Assembly (NCBI GenBank): GCA_964291295.2
Contig: OZ219754.1
Coordinates: forward strand, 1,440,001-1,504,000
Source of the DNA: an uncultured Candidatus Binatia bacterium
GTDB taxonomy: Bacteria; Desulfobacterota; Binatia; UBA9968; JAJDTQ01
Direction: 5' to 3'
DNA: 64,000 nucleotides
Shown here piece by piece: positions 19,000-30,207 of the stretch (its first letter is position 1; each line of letters starts with the position of its first letter). Made by a program: the position numbers and the translations under genes. The notes beneath the pieces were generated by a model. That model did not search any database. It was not told the origin of the DNA and saw only the letters and a program-made list of their open reading frames with translations.

Positions 19000-20325
19000 A
19001 TGCACGTTTACATGAGTCTGGTTGGCACAATACTGCTCGCGCTGGTTCTGGCGACCGCGCCCGCGGAGGGCCAGCAGCCGCCTCCGGAGCTGTCCGCCGA
19101 GGCGCTGATCGATGCCGCACGGGCGGCCTTGGCAAAGGGCGAGCCGGAAGACGCCGCGTTCCTGCTCGACGGTGTGAAACCGGGCGAGGGGAACCCCGAC
19201 GATCTCGATTTTCTGCGCGGCTCCATCGCGATGCAGCGCGGGGAGTGGCAGGAGGCGATCGCACGGTTCCGGGCGATGCTGGCGCGCAATCCCGATCTGC
19301 CCCGGGTGCGGCTTGACTTGGCGTTGGCCTATTTTCAGGCGGAGGATGACGGCAATGCGGCCTATCATTTCCGCCTGGCGCTGGGTGCGAAGGACCTGCC
19401 CGAGACGGTGCGCGCCTCGGCGCTCGCTTTCCTCGACCGCATCCGGCGGCGCAAGCGATGGTCGGTTACCGGCTCGGTGGCGGTTGTGCCCGACACCAAC
19501 ATCAACGCCAGGACCGATGCCCGGGAGATCCTCCTGTTCGGCAGCCAGCGGGCTACGCTATCGGATGATGCGCGCCGGACCAGCGGCGTCGGGGTGAATG
19601 TCAACATGTCGGGCGGTTACGAAGGGCGGGTTTCGCCCGACCTGCGGTTCCGGGTCGGCGGCGGGCTCCAGACGCGAACCTACCGGGAGAGTGATTTCAA
19701 CGAACAGATCGTCAACCTGTACGCCGGGCCGCGCTTCCTGTTCGACAAGTTCGACCTGCGTCCCGACGTGACCGCGCGGCAGCGCTGGCTCGGCGGCACC
19801 GCCTACAGCTTGGCGCTGGGTATCGGGCTTTCGGGCAATTGGCTTGTGGGGCAGACATGGCGGCTGGGCGCGTCGCTCAGTCGCGAGCGGATCGACTACG
19901 AGGAGGGCAATCTCGGCGAGGGCAACCTCGATTCCGTCGGGCTCAACCTCACCCATGCGCTGGACAAGGCGACGCTGTTGCGGGCCGACACCGCATGGAG
20001 CAGTGAGACGCTGGACCTGGACACCCATTCCTGGCGCGAGTTCCTCGTCGGATTGACGGTTTCGCGCGAGTTGCCCCTGGGCTTCGTGGCCAGCGGGGGG
20101 ACCACCTGGCGCTGGCGCCGATACGGCGCGGCTCATCTCTTGTACGGCCCGGAGGCGCGGCGGGAACGGACGCTTGCCCTGCGCAGCACGCTGTCCAACC
20201 GGAATGTCGAGATTTTCGGCTTCATGCCCGAAATCGCCCTGCGCCACGAGCGGCGGGACAGCAACGTCGCGTACTACGACTACACGCGCACGGTTGGCGA
20301 ACTCGGCATGGTCAGGACATTCTGA
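19000..20325 (+). CDS. Slam-like (DUF560, type XI secretion) outer-membrane translocon: N-terminal TPR plus beta-barrel
   Basis: Signal peptide; TPR (AIARFRAML..NP...RVRLDLALAYF...A.YHF); PDTNIN motif; amphipathic strands; RDSNVAYYDY.R and terminal Phe; adjacent to TbpB-like lipoproteins. Confidence 0.8.
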   Translation: MHVYMSLVGTILLALVLATAPAEGQQPPPELSAEALIDAARAALAKGEPEDAAFLLDGVKPGEGNPDDLDFLRGSIAMQRGEWQEAIARFRAMLARNPDLPRVRLDLALAYFQAEDDGNAAYHFRLALGAKDLPETVRASALAFLDRIRRRKRWSVTGSVAVVPDTNINARTDAREILLFGSQRATLSDDARRTSGVGVNVNMSGGYEGRVSPDLRFRVGGGLQTRTYRESDFNEQIVNLYAGPRFLFDKFDLRPDVTARQRWLGGTAYSLALGIGLSGNWLVGQTWRLGASLSRERIDYEEGNLGEGNLDSVGLNLTHALDKATLLRADTAWSSETLDLDTHSWREFLVGLTVSRELPLGFVASGGTTWRWRRYGAAHLLYGPEARRERTLALRSTLSNRNVEIFGFMPEIALRHERRDSNVAYYDYTRTVGELGMVRTF

Positions 20326-20589
20326 CGGTCAAGGCCCGTACCGGGACCGCCCGGGCCGTCGCTGGCGCCGGAAAAATCGCCTGACCCGCCACGGGCGCAG
20401 CCGATTCACGCGCGTGGCCGGTCAGGTGCCGGCGGGAGAGGAGACGGTGCTGACGCGGTAATCCGGAACGATGCCGCAACTCCGGGTGAATCCTGTGGAA
20501 GACCCGGGAGTTCAGCCAGGCGGAAACCGCGGCAGGCCCCAAGGCCGCCCGTGCCACACCCGAAAGGGCTGCGGACAGGGAGATGCGAC

Positions 20590-21309
20590 ATGTCCGACAA
20601 GGTTCTTCTCGACAAGGTGGGCGAGACCGCGAGGATCACGCTCAACCGCCCGGAGAAGGGGAATGCCGTCGACGCCGAGTTGATGGCCGGGCTGATGGAG
20701 AGCCTGGCCCGGGTTGCAGGCCACCCCACCCTCCGGGTGCTGGTTCTCGAGGGCAGGGGAGAGCACTTCTGTGCCGGGCGGGAGGCGGACGCGCCCAAGC
20801 CCGGGAACGCCTCGGAGTTTGCCGAGGCTCTGAGCCGCATCGTCCGGGCCAACCGGCTGTTGCAGTCATTCCCGGGGATCAGCCTGGCGGTGGTGCGGGG
20901 AAAGGCCTTCGGCTTCGGCTGCGGGCTGGCGGTGCAAAGCGATGTGACATTGGCTGCGGAGGATGCCCGGTTCGCGTTCCCGGAGATCAACGCCGGCTTT
21001 CCGCCCACCATCGTCATGTCCTATCTGAGCCGGTGGATTCACCGGAAGAAGGCGCTGGAGCTGGTCATGACCGGGGGCGAGATCAGTGCCGCGGAGGCCG
21101 AGCGGCAGGGTCTGGTCAATCGCGTGGTTCCGCCAGACCGGCTGGCGGATGAGGAAAAACGCTGGATGGAAATGCTGGCGGGCCGCGACCTCAAGGGACT
21201 TCAGGCGACCAAGGCGTTTTTCAGGGACACCGCCGAGTGGTCCACCGAAGCGGCGGCACAGTACGGGGTGACGCGGTTGGCCAACTTTTTCGCAAGCCGG
21301 GACGGCTAA
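20590..21309 (+). CDS. Enoyl-CoA hydratase/isomerase family protein
   Basis: ITLNRPEKGNA, FCAG, AFGFGCGLA, FPEI..G and EA...GLVN motifs. Confidence 0.88.
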   Translation: MSDKVLLDKVGETARITLNRPEKGNAVDAELMAGLMESLARVAGHPTLRVLVLEGRGEHFCAGREADAPKPGNASEFAEALSRIVRANRLLQSFPGISLAVVRGKAFGFGCGLAVQSDVTLAAEDARFAFPEINAGFPPTIVMSYLSRWIHRKKALELVMTGGEISAAEAERQGLVNRVVPPDRLADEEKRWMEMLAGRDLKGLQATKAFFRDTAEWSTEAAAQYGVTRLANFFASRDG

Positions 21310-21488
21310 CGCTTCAACCCGATCCTGTGACCGTAGCTGACCTCGCCCTTGTCTATCCTGAGAGAAAATCCGCAGTCAGGGTTGGTGCAGGCCCACGCCT
21401 TGTACATGACTGAAGCACCGTCCTGGCCGTAGTCCGACAGGGGTATCAACCTGCCATCGTCACATTTTTGACACGTTGGCAACTCCAT
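21306..21488 (-). CDS. Small zinc-ribbon protein (60 aa)
   Basis: GGAGG RBS; MELPTCQKC...WACTNPDCGF with two Cys pairs. Confidence 0.65.
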   Translation of the reverse strand: MELPTCQKCDDGRLIPLSDYGQDGASVMYKAWACTNPDCGFSLRIDKGEVSYGHRIGLKR

Positions 21489-21661
21489 CTCCGCTCCTCC
21501 TTTGCAGCGAGCACCGGCGGCCCTGGATGTGACGGACACCGTCTGTCATGGATACCGCCCCGGCCCGCCCGTTTTCCGCCGCGCCCCGGCAAGTTGACAG
21601 TTGCCCCGCACCTTATCGAAAATCCTGCGCGAAAGCAAACTGACCGGGGCGGCCGCCTGGT

Positions 21662-21691
21662 TTGACACCGCCGCCGCCCCGGAGATATGAT
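21662..21691 (+). promoter_or_regulatory. sigma70-type promoter of the kdsB-pyrG-kdsA operon
   Basis: TTGACA (21662-21667), 18 nt, TATGAT (21686-21691); a second TTGACA lies at 21594. Confidence 0.55.
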
Positions 21692-21840
21692 GAAACCAGA
21701 CCTCCGCACGGGCGGGCACGCGGGGTTCGCCTCGCCGCAGCCTCGCCGCATGTTGCCGCGACGCTGCCGCGACACATGCCATGCTCGTGAATGCCACGCT
21801 CGCAGCTTCCATGCCCACATCTGTCATGCCCGCGGCTTCC

Positions 21841-22588
21841 ATGTCCGTGGTCGCCATCATACCGGCGCGTTACGGGTCCACGCGGTTTCCCGGAAAACCG
21901 CTGGCCAGGATCGGTACGAAGCCCATGATTCAGCACGTCTACGAGAGCGCCGCCGCCGCCGACCTGGTGCACCGGACCGTGGTGGCCACGGACGATGCGC
22001 GGATCCGGGATGCGGTGCGGGCTTTCGGCGGGGAGGCGGTGATCACGTCGAAAGGTCACTTGAGCGGCACGGACCGGTTGGCCGAGGTCGCCGGCGGTCT
22101 GCAGGCCCAGTGGATCGTCAACGTGCAGGGAGACCTGCCGTTCATCCAGCCGGAGACCATCCGCAGGAGCGTCGAGTGCCTGGGGCGGGAGCCGGCGGCG
22201 CCCATGGCCACGGCGCGCACTGCCATCACGTCGGAACGGGAGTTCCTGGACCGCAACGTGGTCAAGGTGGTGACCGACCGGGAGGGGTTTGCCTGCTACT
22301 TCTCCCGCGCTCCCATCCCGTTTCACCGGAACCCGCCGGCGCCGCCCGCGCGGTGGGGCCATCGCCACCTGGGCATCTACGTGTACCGGCGGGATTTCCT
22401 GTTGCGCATCGCCGCCATGCCCGCGGTGGCGCTGGAGCTCGCCGAGGGGCTGGAGCAGCTGCGGGCGCTTCACTACGGTTTTCGTATCCGGGTCGCGGAC
22501 GTGGTGGAAACGGGTGTCGAGGTGGACACGCCGGAGGATCTGGGACGGGCGGAGGCGTACTGGAGCCGGCTCCACGCGGGGGAGAGCG

Positions 22589-22596
<8 letters not shown>
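21841..22596 (+). CDS. kdsB: 3-deoxy-manno-octulosonate cytidylyltransferase
   Basis: [31 protein letters not shown] and LEQLRAL motifs; start ambiguous because of an upstream ATG ladder. Confidence 0.93.
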
Positions 22597-24243
<1,647 letters not shown>

Positions 24244-24247
<4 letters not shown>

Positions 24248-25080
24248 CCGCCGCCGAGGTGCCTGTCGGCAACATCCGCCTCGGGGGCGGCCGGCCGCTG
24301 GTGCTGATCGCCGGTTCCTGCGTCATCGAGAGTCGGGACTCGGCGCTGCGGCACGCGGCCCGTCTGCGGGAGCTGACCGCGCGCCTGGGCATCCCCTTCG
24401 TCTACAAGTCGTCCTACGACAAGGCCAACCGCACGTCGCTGGAGTCGTTTCGCGGCCCGGGGCTCGACGAGGGGCTGCGTATCCTCGGCGACATCAAGCG
24501 GGAGCTTGACGTTCCGGTGCTCACCGACGTGCACGAGCCGGACCAGATCGGCCCGGCTTGCGAGGTCGTGGACGTGGTCCAGATCCCGGCGTTTCTCTGC
24601 CGGCAGACGGACTTCGTGACGGCGGTGGCCCGCGCCGCCAAGGTGGTGAACGTGAAGAAGGGCCAGTTCCTGGCGCCCTGGGACATCCGCAACGTGGCGG
24701 CCAAGGTGGTGGCGGCGGGAAACCACAACCTGCTGCTGACCGAGCGCGGGGTCTCCTTCGGCTACAACAACCTGGTGTCGGACATGCGCTCGCTGGTGAT
24801 CATGCGCGAGACCGGGTTCCCGGTGGTGTTCGACGCCACCCACAGCCTGCAGCTGCCGGGCGGCCTGGGATCGGCCTCCGGCGGCGACCGCCAGTTCATC
24901 GCGCCGCTGGCGCGGGCCGGGGCGGCGGTGGGCGTGGACGGCCTGTTCATGGAAGTTCACGAGGAGCCGGCCCGGGCCCTGAGCGACGGTCCCACTTCCT
25001 TCCCCCTGGAGGCGCTGGACGATCTGCTGAGGATGGTCAAGGACATCGATGACCGGGTCAAGGCGCACGGGTTCCGGTGA
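24244..25080 (+). CDS. kdsA: KDO-8-phosphate synthase
   Basis: [38 protein letters not shown] and DATHS motifs. Confidence 0.95.
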
Positions 25081-25081
25081 C

Positions 25082-26068
25082 ATGGGCGGCGGGATGAACG
25101 CGGTTCAAAGGGCTCGCGAGGTGCTGGACATCGAGATCGGCGGCATCGCCGCGGCCCGGGGCCGCGTCGGTGAAGCCTTTGTCCGCGCGGTGGGCGTCCT
25201 GCACGACTGTACCGGCAAGGTCATCGTGACCGGGGTGGGCAAGTCGGGCCTTGTCTGTCACAAGATCGCGGCCACCCTGGCCAGCACCGGGACACCGTCG
25301 TTCTTTCTCCACGCGGCGGAGGCGAGCCACGGCGACCTGGGCATGATCATGCGGGACGATGTGGTGCTGGCGGTCTCCAACAGCGGCGAGTCGGAGGAGA
25401 TCCTGAAGATGCTGCCGCTCATCAAGCGGTGGCGCCTCGAACTGATTGCCATGACAGGCAATGCGCGGTCGTCGCTGGGCCTTGCGGCCGACGTGGTCCT
25501 CGACGTCGGCGTGCCCGAGGAGGCCTGCCCACTGGGGCTGTCGCCCACCGCCAGCACCACGGCGGCCCTGGCCATGGGCGACGCCCTCGCGGTGGTGCTG
25601 CTGGAACGCCGGGGATTCAAGACCGAAGACTTCCTGCTCCGCCACCCCGGGGGCGCGCTCGGGCGCAAGCTGCTGCTCCGCACCGGAGATCTGATGCACG
25701 GCGGCGAGGAGATACCGTTGGTGTCCGAGGAGACGCCGCTCAAGGATATCCTGTTGGAGATCACATCGAAGCGGCTGGGCGTGACTGGTGTGGTCGGCGC
25801 CGAGTCGGCGCTGGTGGGCATCATTACCGACGGCGACCTGCGGCGCTGTCTCGCCCGGGTCGGGGCCGGGGCGGACATCCTGGAGCGCAGGGCCGCCGAT
25901 ATCATGACGCGCAACCCCAAGACCATCCGCGGCGACTCGCTGGCGGTGGAAGCCGCCGCGATGATGGAGAAGTTCTCGATCACGGCCCTCTTCATCAAGG
26001 CCGAGGACTCCGAGCGGCCGCGGGGGATCATCCACCTCCATGATCTGCTCAAGGCCGGCATCGTCTGA
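25082..26068 (+). CDS. kdsD: Arabinose-5-phosphate isomerase (KpsF/GutQ, SIS plus CBS)
   Basis: GVGKSG, EASHGDLG, EACPLGLSPTAST, HPGG.LG and HLHDLL motifs. Confidence 0.93.
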   Translation: MGGGMNAVQRAREVLDIEIGGIAAARGRVGEAFVRAVGVLHDCTGKVIVTGVGKSGLVCHKIAATLASTGTPSFFLHAAEASHGDLGMIMRDDVVLAVSNSGESEEILKMLPLIKRWRLELIAMTGNARSSLGLAADVVLDVGVPEEACPLGLSPTASTTAALAMGDALAVVLLERRGFKTEDFLLRHPGGALGRKLLLRTGDLMHGGEEIPLVSEETPLKDILLEITSKRLGVTGVVGAESALVGIITDGDLRRCLARVGAGADILERRAADIMTRNPKTIRGDSLAVEAAAMMEKFSITALFIKAEDSERPRGIIHLHDLLKAGIV

Positions 26069-26212
26069 ACGGTTGCGCCGAAAGCGCGGAGCGGGCCGGC
26101 GGGCCGGGCCCGTCGGACGCGGGCAGGAACGGCGGCTGGCGGCGCCGTCCTCGTGGCTGCAACTTTACACTCCATGGCGGAATTGGTATCTCGAAACAAG
26201 TGGCCCGTGCCC

Positions 26213-26797
26213 ATGCGGTCCAGACGGTTGCTGTTCCTGGTCGTGCTGGCCGCGGGTATGATTTTCGTTGCCGTCGAGGTCGCCCGGCACCTGCGGGAGC
26301 AGGCGACGCGGGCACCTTGGGGGCTGCTGGAATTCACTCCCGGGGTGCCCCTGCAGGTAAGGAACTTTCACCGGAGCATGATCGAGGACGGCCGGAAGGC
26401 ATGGGAGATCAAGGGAGCCGAGGCCACCTATTTCAAGGCCGAGGAGCGGGCCCGGGTCCGTCGCCCGCGGCTGGTCTTCCACCGGGACAATGGCGGGACA
26501 CTGGCGGCCCGGGGCCGGGAAGGGAACGTCTTTCTGCCGGGCGGGCGCCTGCAACGGGCGGTTCTCGACGGTGCGGTGGAGATCACCGGGCGGGAAGCGA
26601 GATTTCGGACCGACAGGCTCGTCTACGTCCGCACAGGCGACCGTATCGTCTGCCCCGGCAGGGTCTGGGCGGTGGTGGACGGCGTGGAGATCGAGGGCGA
26701 CCACATGACCTACGCGCTCGCGAAAGACATCCTCAAGCTTCGGGGCGCCGTGAAGACCACCTTCCGCGGCGGCCTGAAGGCGGCCACCGGCTTGTAG
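26213..26797 (+). CDS. lptC: LPS export protein LptC
   Basis: Single N-terminal TM helix plus beta-rich domain (WEIKG.EA); located between kdsD and lptA. Start uncertain. Confidence 0.7.
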   Translation: MRSRRLLFLVVLAAGMIFVAVEVARHLREQATRAPWGLLEFTPGVPLQVRNFHRSMIEDGRKAWEIKGAEATYFKAEERARVRRPRLVFHRDNGGTLAARGREGNVFLPGGRLQRAVLDGAVEITGREARFRTDRLVYVRTGDRIVCPGRVWAVVDGVEIEGDHMTYALAKDILKLRGAVKTTFRGGLKAATGL

Positions 26798-26849
26798 GAG
26801 CCGGGTCGAAGGCCGTATGTTCGGATCTCTCGGTGGCCGGGACGGCGCG

Positions 26850-27398
26850 ATGACCGGAAGGGACGGATGCCGTGTCGGCCTGCGCCGGTTGGGGTGCATC
26901 CTGGCGGTGGCCCTGCTCCTGTCGGCGCCCGTGACCCGGGCGGCGGGTGCCGATGGCCGCGGCCCGGAGCCGCCCGCCCGGGGCCTTTTCGCGGACAAGG
27001 ATACGCCCATCGAGATCACTGCGGATTCGATGGAACTCCAGCGCAAGACCGGCACCGTCACCTACAAGGGCAACGTGAGGGTGGTCCGCGACAATGTCCG
27101 CATCACCAGTCACGTGCTGTTCGCGCGCTATGACGCCAAGGATGGCGGATTGAAGAGCATCACCGCGGAGGGGGGGGTGCGGGTGCGCGACGGAGGCCGC
27201 GAGATGACCGGTGACAAGGCCGTTTTCGACGGCGAGGAAGAGACGGTCGTCGTGTCCGGCAACACCACCGTGCGCGAGGGCAACAACAGCGTCTCCGGCG
27301 ACCGCATCACCATCTACACGAAAGAGGACCGCATCCTGGTGGAGAACAGCGGCGGGCGCGTTCGGGCGGTGGTTTTCCCGGGGCAGTTGAATCGTTGA
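26850..27398 (+). CDS. lptA: LPS transport periplasmic protein LptA
   Basis: Signal peptide; PIEITADSM, Y.GNV, GDRITIY and RVRAV motifs (OstA-like). Confidence 0.85.
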   Translation: MTGRDGCRVGLRRLGCILAVALLLSAPVTRAAGADGRGPEPPARGLFADKDTPIEITADSMELQRKTGTVTYKGNVRVVRDNVRITSHVLFARYDAKDGGLKSITAEGGVRVRDGGREMTGDKAVFDGEEETVVVSGNTTVREGNNSVSGDRITIYTKEDRILVENSGGRVRAVVFPGQLNR

Positions 27399-27422
27399 GG
27401 CATGGTTCAGGGCGCTGGCGCG

Positions 27423-28145
27423 ATGAGCGTGCTCCGGGCGGACGGTATCGTGAAGTCGTACCGCGGCCGGCGGGTCGTGGACCGGGTTGCACTTGAGGTC
27501 GGAAGCGGCGAGGTGGTCGGGCTGCTGGGGCCCAACGGAGCGGGGAAGACGACCCTGTTCCATATCCTGATCGGCTTGGTGCGCGCCGACGAAGGGAAGG
27601 TCACCCTGGCCGGGATGGACCTTACGACCGCCCCCATCTACCGCCGGGCCCGGGCAGGCATCAGCTATCTGCCCCAGGAGTCGTCGGTTTTCCGGGGTCT
27701 GACGGTCAGGCGGAACCTGCTGGCCATCATCGAGACCCTGGGACTGGGCAGGGCCGAGGAAGAGGAGCGGAGCCGGCGGCTGCTGCGGATGTTCGGTCTG
27801 GAACACCTGGCGGACCAGAAGGCCTACACGCTCTCGGGCGGTGAAAGACGGCGGGTGGAGATCGCCCGGGCGCTGGTGCTCTCGCCCTTCTTCGTACTGC
27901 TGGACGAACCTTTCACGGGCGTCGATCCCATCGCGCTGGCGGACATCAAGGATGTGATACGGCGACTGACCCAGGCCGGCATCGGGGTGCTGATAACGGA
28001 TCACAACGTCCGGGAGACCCTGGAGATCTGCAGCCGCGCCTACATCCTGAGCGAGGGCGTGGTGCTGGCCGAGGGGACGCCGGCCGACATCGCCTCCAGT
28101 GACCGTGCCCGCCAGGTGTACCTGGGCGAGGGATTCAGCCTGTAG
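27423..28145 (+). CDS. lptB: LPS export ABC ATPase LptB
   Basis: GPNGAGKTT, YLPQE, LSGGERRR, LLDEPF, ITDHNV and VYLG motifs. Confidence 0.95.
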   Translation: MSVLRADGIVKSYRGRRVVDRVALEVGSGEVVGLLGPNGAGKTTLFHILIGLVRADEGKVTLAGMDLTTAPIYRRARAGISYLPQESSVFRGLTVRRNLLAIIETLGLGRAEEEERSRRLLRMFGLEHLADQKAYTLSGGERRRVEIARALVLSPFFVLLDEPFTGVDPIALADIKDVIRRLTQAGIGVLITDHNVRETLEICSRAYILSEGVVLAEGTPADIASSDRARQVYLGEGFSL

Positions 28146-28149
28146 TCCG

Positions 28150-29673
28150 ATGACACTCGATATCAAACTCGATATCAAGCTGGACCAGAAACTCGCGCCG
28201 CAACTGGTGATGACGCCCCAGTTGCAGCAGGCCATCCAGCTCCTTCAACTGTCCCATCTCGATCTGCAACAGCGTATCTCCCAGGAACTGCTGGAAAATC
28301 CGGCCCTTGAGGAGGTCCGGGACCAGGATTCCCCTGCGGAGAACGGATGCGAGCCCGATGCGGCCCGCGAGACGTTGATCACCGACCGGATCGCGGAATG
28401 GCAGGACTACCTGAACCATCACTCCAACTCGCGTCACGACATGAGGAGCGTCGACGTGGTGCGGGAGGAAGCCGACGTCCCCTCCCTGGAGAACACCGTG
28501 ACGCGTCCGGAGACGCTTCAGGAACATCTTTCGTGGCAGCTTCGCATGGCCGGACTGGACGAGGCCGATGAGCGCATCGCCATGTGCATCATCGGCAATC
28601 TGGACGAGCGGGGTTACCTGGAAGCGTCGGTGGAGGAGATCGGCGAGCTGGCCCGGGCCGCGCCCGAGGCGGTGGAGGCGGTGCTTGCGCGCGTCCAGTG
28701 TTTCGATCCGGTGGGGATCGCGGCCAGGGATCTGCGCGAGTGCCTGCGGGTGCAACTGCACAACGCCGGAATGGGAGACAGCGTGGCCGCGCGCGTGGTG
28801 GCGAAGCACCTGCGCCAGTTGGAGTACCGGCGCTACGATCGGATAGCGGCGAGTCTGAACGTCGGCCTCGATGAGGTGGTCCGGGCCGCCCGTCTCATTG
28901 CCTGCCTGGAGCCCAAGCCGGCCCGGGGCTTCGACCACGACGGGGTCCGCGCGATCATCCCCGACGTGGTGGTGCAGAAGGTCGCGGGAGAGTACGTCCT
29001 CTTCCTGAACGACGACGGCGTTCCGCCCCTGCGTGTCAGTCCGCTGGTGCGGCGGCTGGCCGGCCAACGGGGAGACGAGGAGCGCCGGGCCAGGGAATAT
29101 CTGGAGACCAGGGTTCGCGCCGCCACCTGGCTTATCAAGAGCATTCACTGGCGCCAGCAGACCCTGTATCGCGTCAGCGAGAGCATCTTCCGCTTCCAGC
29201 GGGAGTTCCTCGACCGCGGCATCGACGGTCTGAGACCGCTGGTGTTGCGCGAGGTGGCGGCGGAGCTGGGCATGCACCCGTCCACGGTCAGCCGCGCCAC
29301 CTCCAACAAGTACGCCCATACGCCGCAGGGCGTTTTCGAGTTGAAATTCTTCTTTCAAAGCGGCATCGTCCGAAACGACAGTTCCACCGTGGTATCCTCG
29401 GAGTCGGTGCGGAACACGATCCGGGACATGGTGGAGGCCGAGGATCCGGGAAAGCCCCTGAGCGACCAGGCGATCGCCGGCGGGTTGCAACGTCTCGGTT
29501 TCGATATCGCGCGCCGTACGGTTGCGAAGTACCGGGAGCAGCTCGGGATATTGCCGTCGGCGCGGCGGCGCAGACCGTGGGAAGGTCAGGGGGTTCGCAA
29601 GGGACGGGAAGATCGCGGGAGCGAGCCGACAAAGGGGGTAGAGGTTGCGAATCGCCGACGTTCTGGATCCTGA
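28150..29673 (+). CDS. rpoN: RNA polymerase sigma-54 factor
   Basis: MTPQLQQAIQLLQL, STVSRAT..KY and RpoN box ARRTVAKYRE. Confidence 0.95.
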   Translation: MTLDIKLDIKLDQKLAPQLVMTPQLQQAIQLLQLSHLDLQQRISQELLENPALEEVRDQDSPAENGCEPDAARETLITDRIAEWQDYLNHHSNSRHDMRSVDVVREEADVPSLENTVTRPETLQEHLSWQLRMAGLDEADERIAMCIIGNLDERGYLEASVEEIGELARAAPEAVEAVLARVQCFDPVGIAARDLRECLRVQLHNAGMGDSVAARVVAKHLRQLEYRRYDRIAASLNVGLDEVVRAARLIACLEPKPARGFDHDGVRAIIPDVVVQKVAGEYVLFLNDDGVPPLRVSPLVRRLAGQRGDEERRAREYLETRVRAATWLIKSIHWRQQTLYRVSESIFRFQREFLDRGIDGLRPLVLREVAAELGMHPSTVSRATSNKYAHTPQGVFELKFFFQSGIVRNDSSTVVSSESVRNTIRDMVEAEDPGKPLSDQAIAGGLQRLGFDIARRTVAKYREQLGILPSARRRRPWEGQGVRKGREDRGSEPTKGVEVANRRRSGS

Positions 29674-30106
29674 GGCCGTCATCCCGAGTCTGGAGGCGCG
29701 GGAGAAGTTTGCGGTGCTCGAAGAGATCGTGACGCGGGTGTCGAGTCACTGCGGATTCGCGGACTCCCGCCGCCTGCTGGAAGTGGTGCGTGCCCGGGAG
29801 CGCATATGCAGCACCGCCATCGGGGAGGGCGTGGCCATTCCCCACGGCAAGCTGCCCGGTCTGGAACGCGTGTTCGTCGCCTTCGCCCGCAGCCGCGAAG
29901 GGGTTGATTTCGACGCTCGGGACGGCGCGCCCACCCATCTCTTTTTCCTGCTGCTCGCACCCGAGGGCTCCACCTCCGAGCATCTGAGCGCCCTCGCCCG
30001 CGTGTCCCGGCTGGTCAAGGACGCATCGCTCAGGGAGCACCTGATGCGCGTCCAGACCCCCGAAGAGGTGGTGAGCCTCATCAAGGAGAAGGAAAGAGAC
30101 CTCTGA
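29645..30106 (+). CDS. ptsN: PTS IIA(Ntr)-like protein
   Basis: RE..STAIGEGVAIPH and H..ALA..SR motifs; TTG start overlapping the rpoN end. Confidence 0.85.
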   Translation: MRIADVLDPEAVIPSLEAREKFAVLEEIVTRVSSHCGFADSRRLLEVVRARERICSTAIGEGVAIPHGKLPGLERVFVAFARSREGVDFDARDGAPTHLFFLLLAPEGSTSEHLSALARVSRLVKDASLREHLMRVQTPEEVVSLIKEKERDL

Positions 30107-30138
30107 CACGGAGCCCGCGGCCGGTTGCCCGGCGGACA

Positions 30139-30199
30139 CGGAAGCGGGTCTTCCCGGAATGGGTCTCCTCGGACGAGATCCCCTCGGAATGGGTCCGAT
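30139..30199. repeat. Degenerate tandem repeat of about 15 nt (CGGAATGGGTC....) x4
   Basis: Units at 30139, 30155, 30170 and 30185, immediately before rapZ. Confidence 0.65.
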
Positions 30200-30207
30200 C
30201 GAAGCGC

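Noticed and set aside
20326-20589. Cobalamin or c-di-GMP riboswitch upstream of the enoyl-CoA hydratase
   Set aside because: Hairpins and a GAAA loop are present, but the consensus boxes are not in the right order; an Rfam scan is needed.
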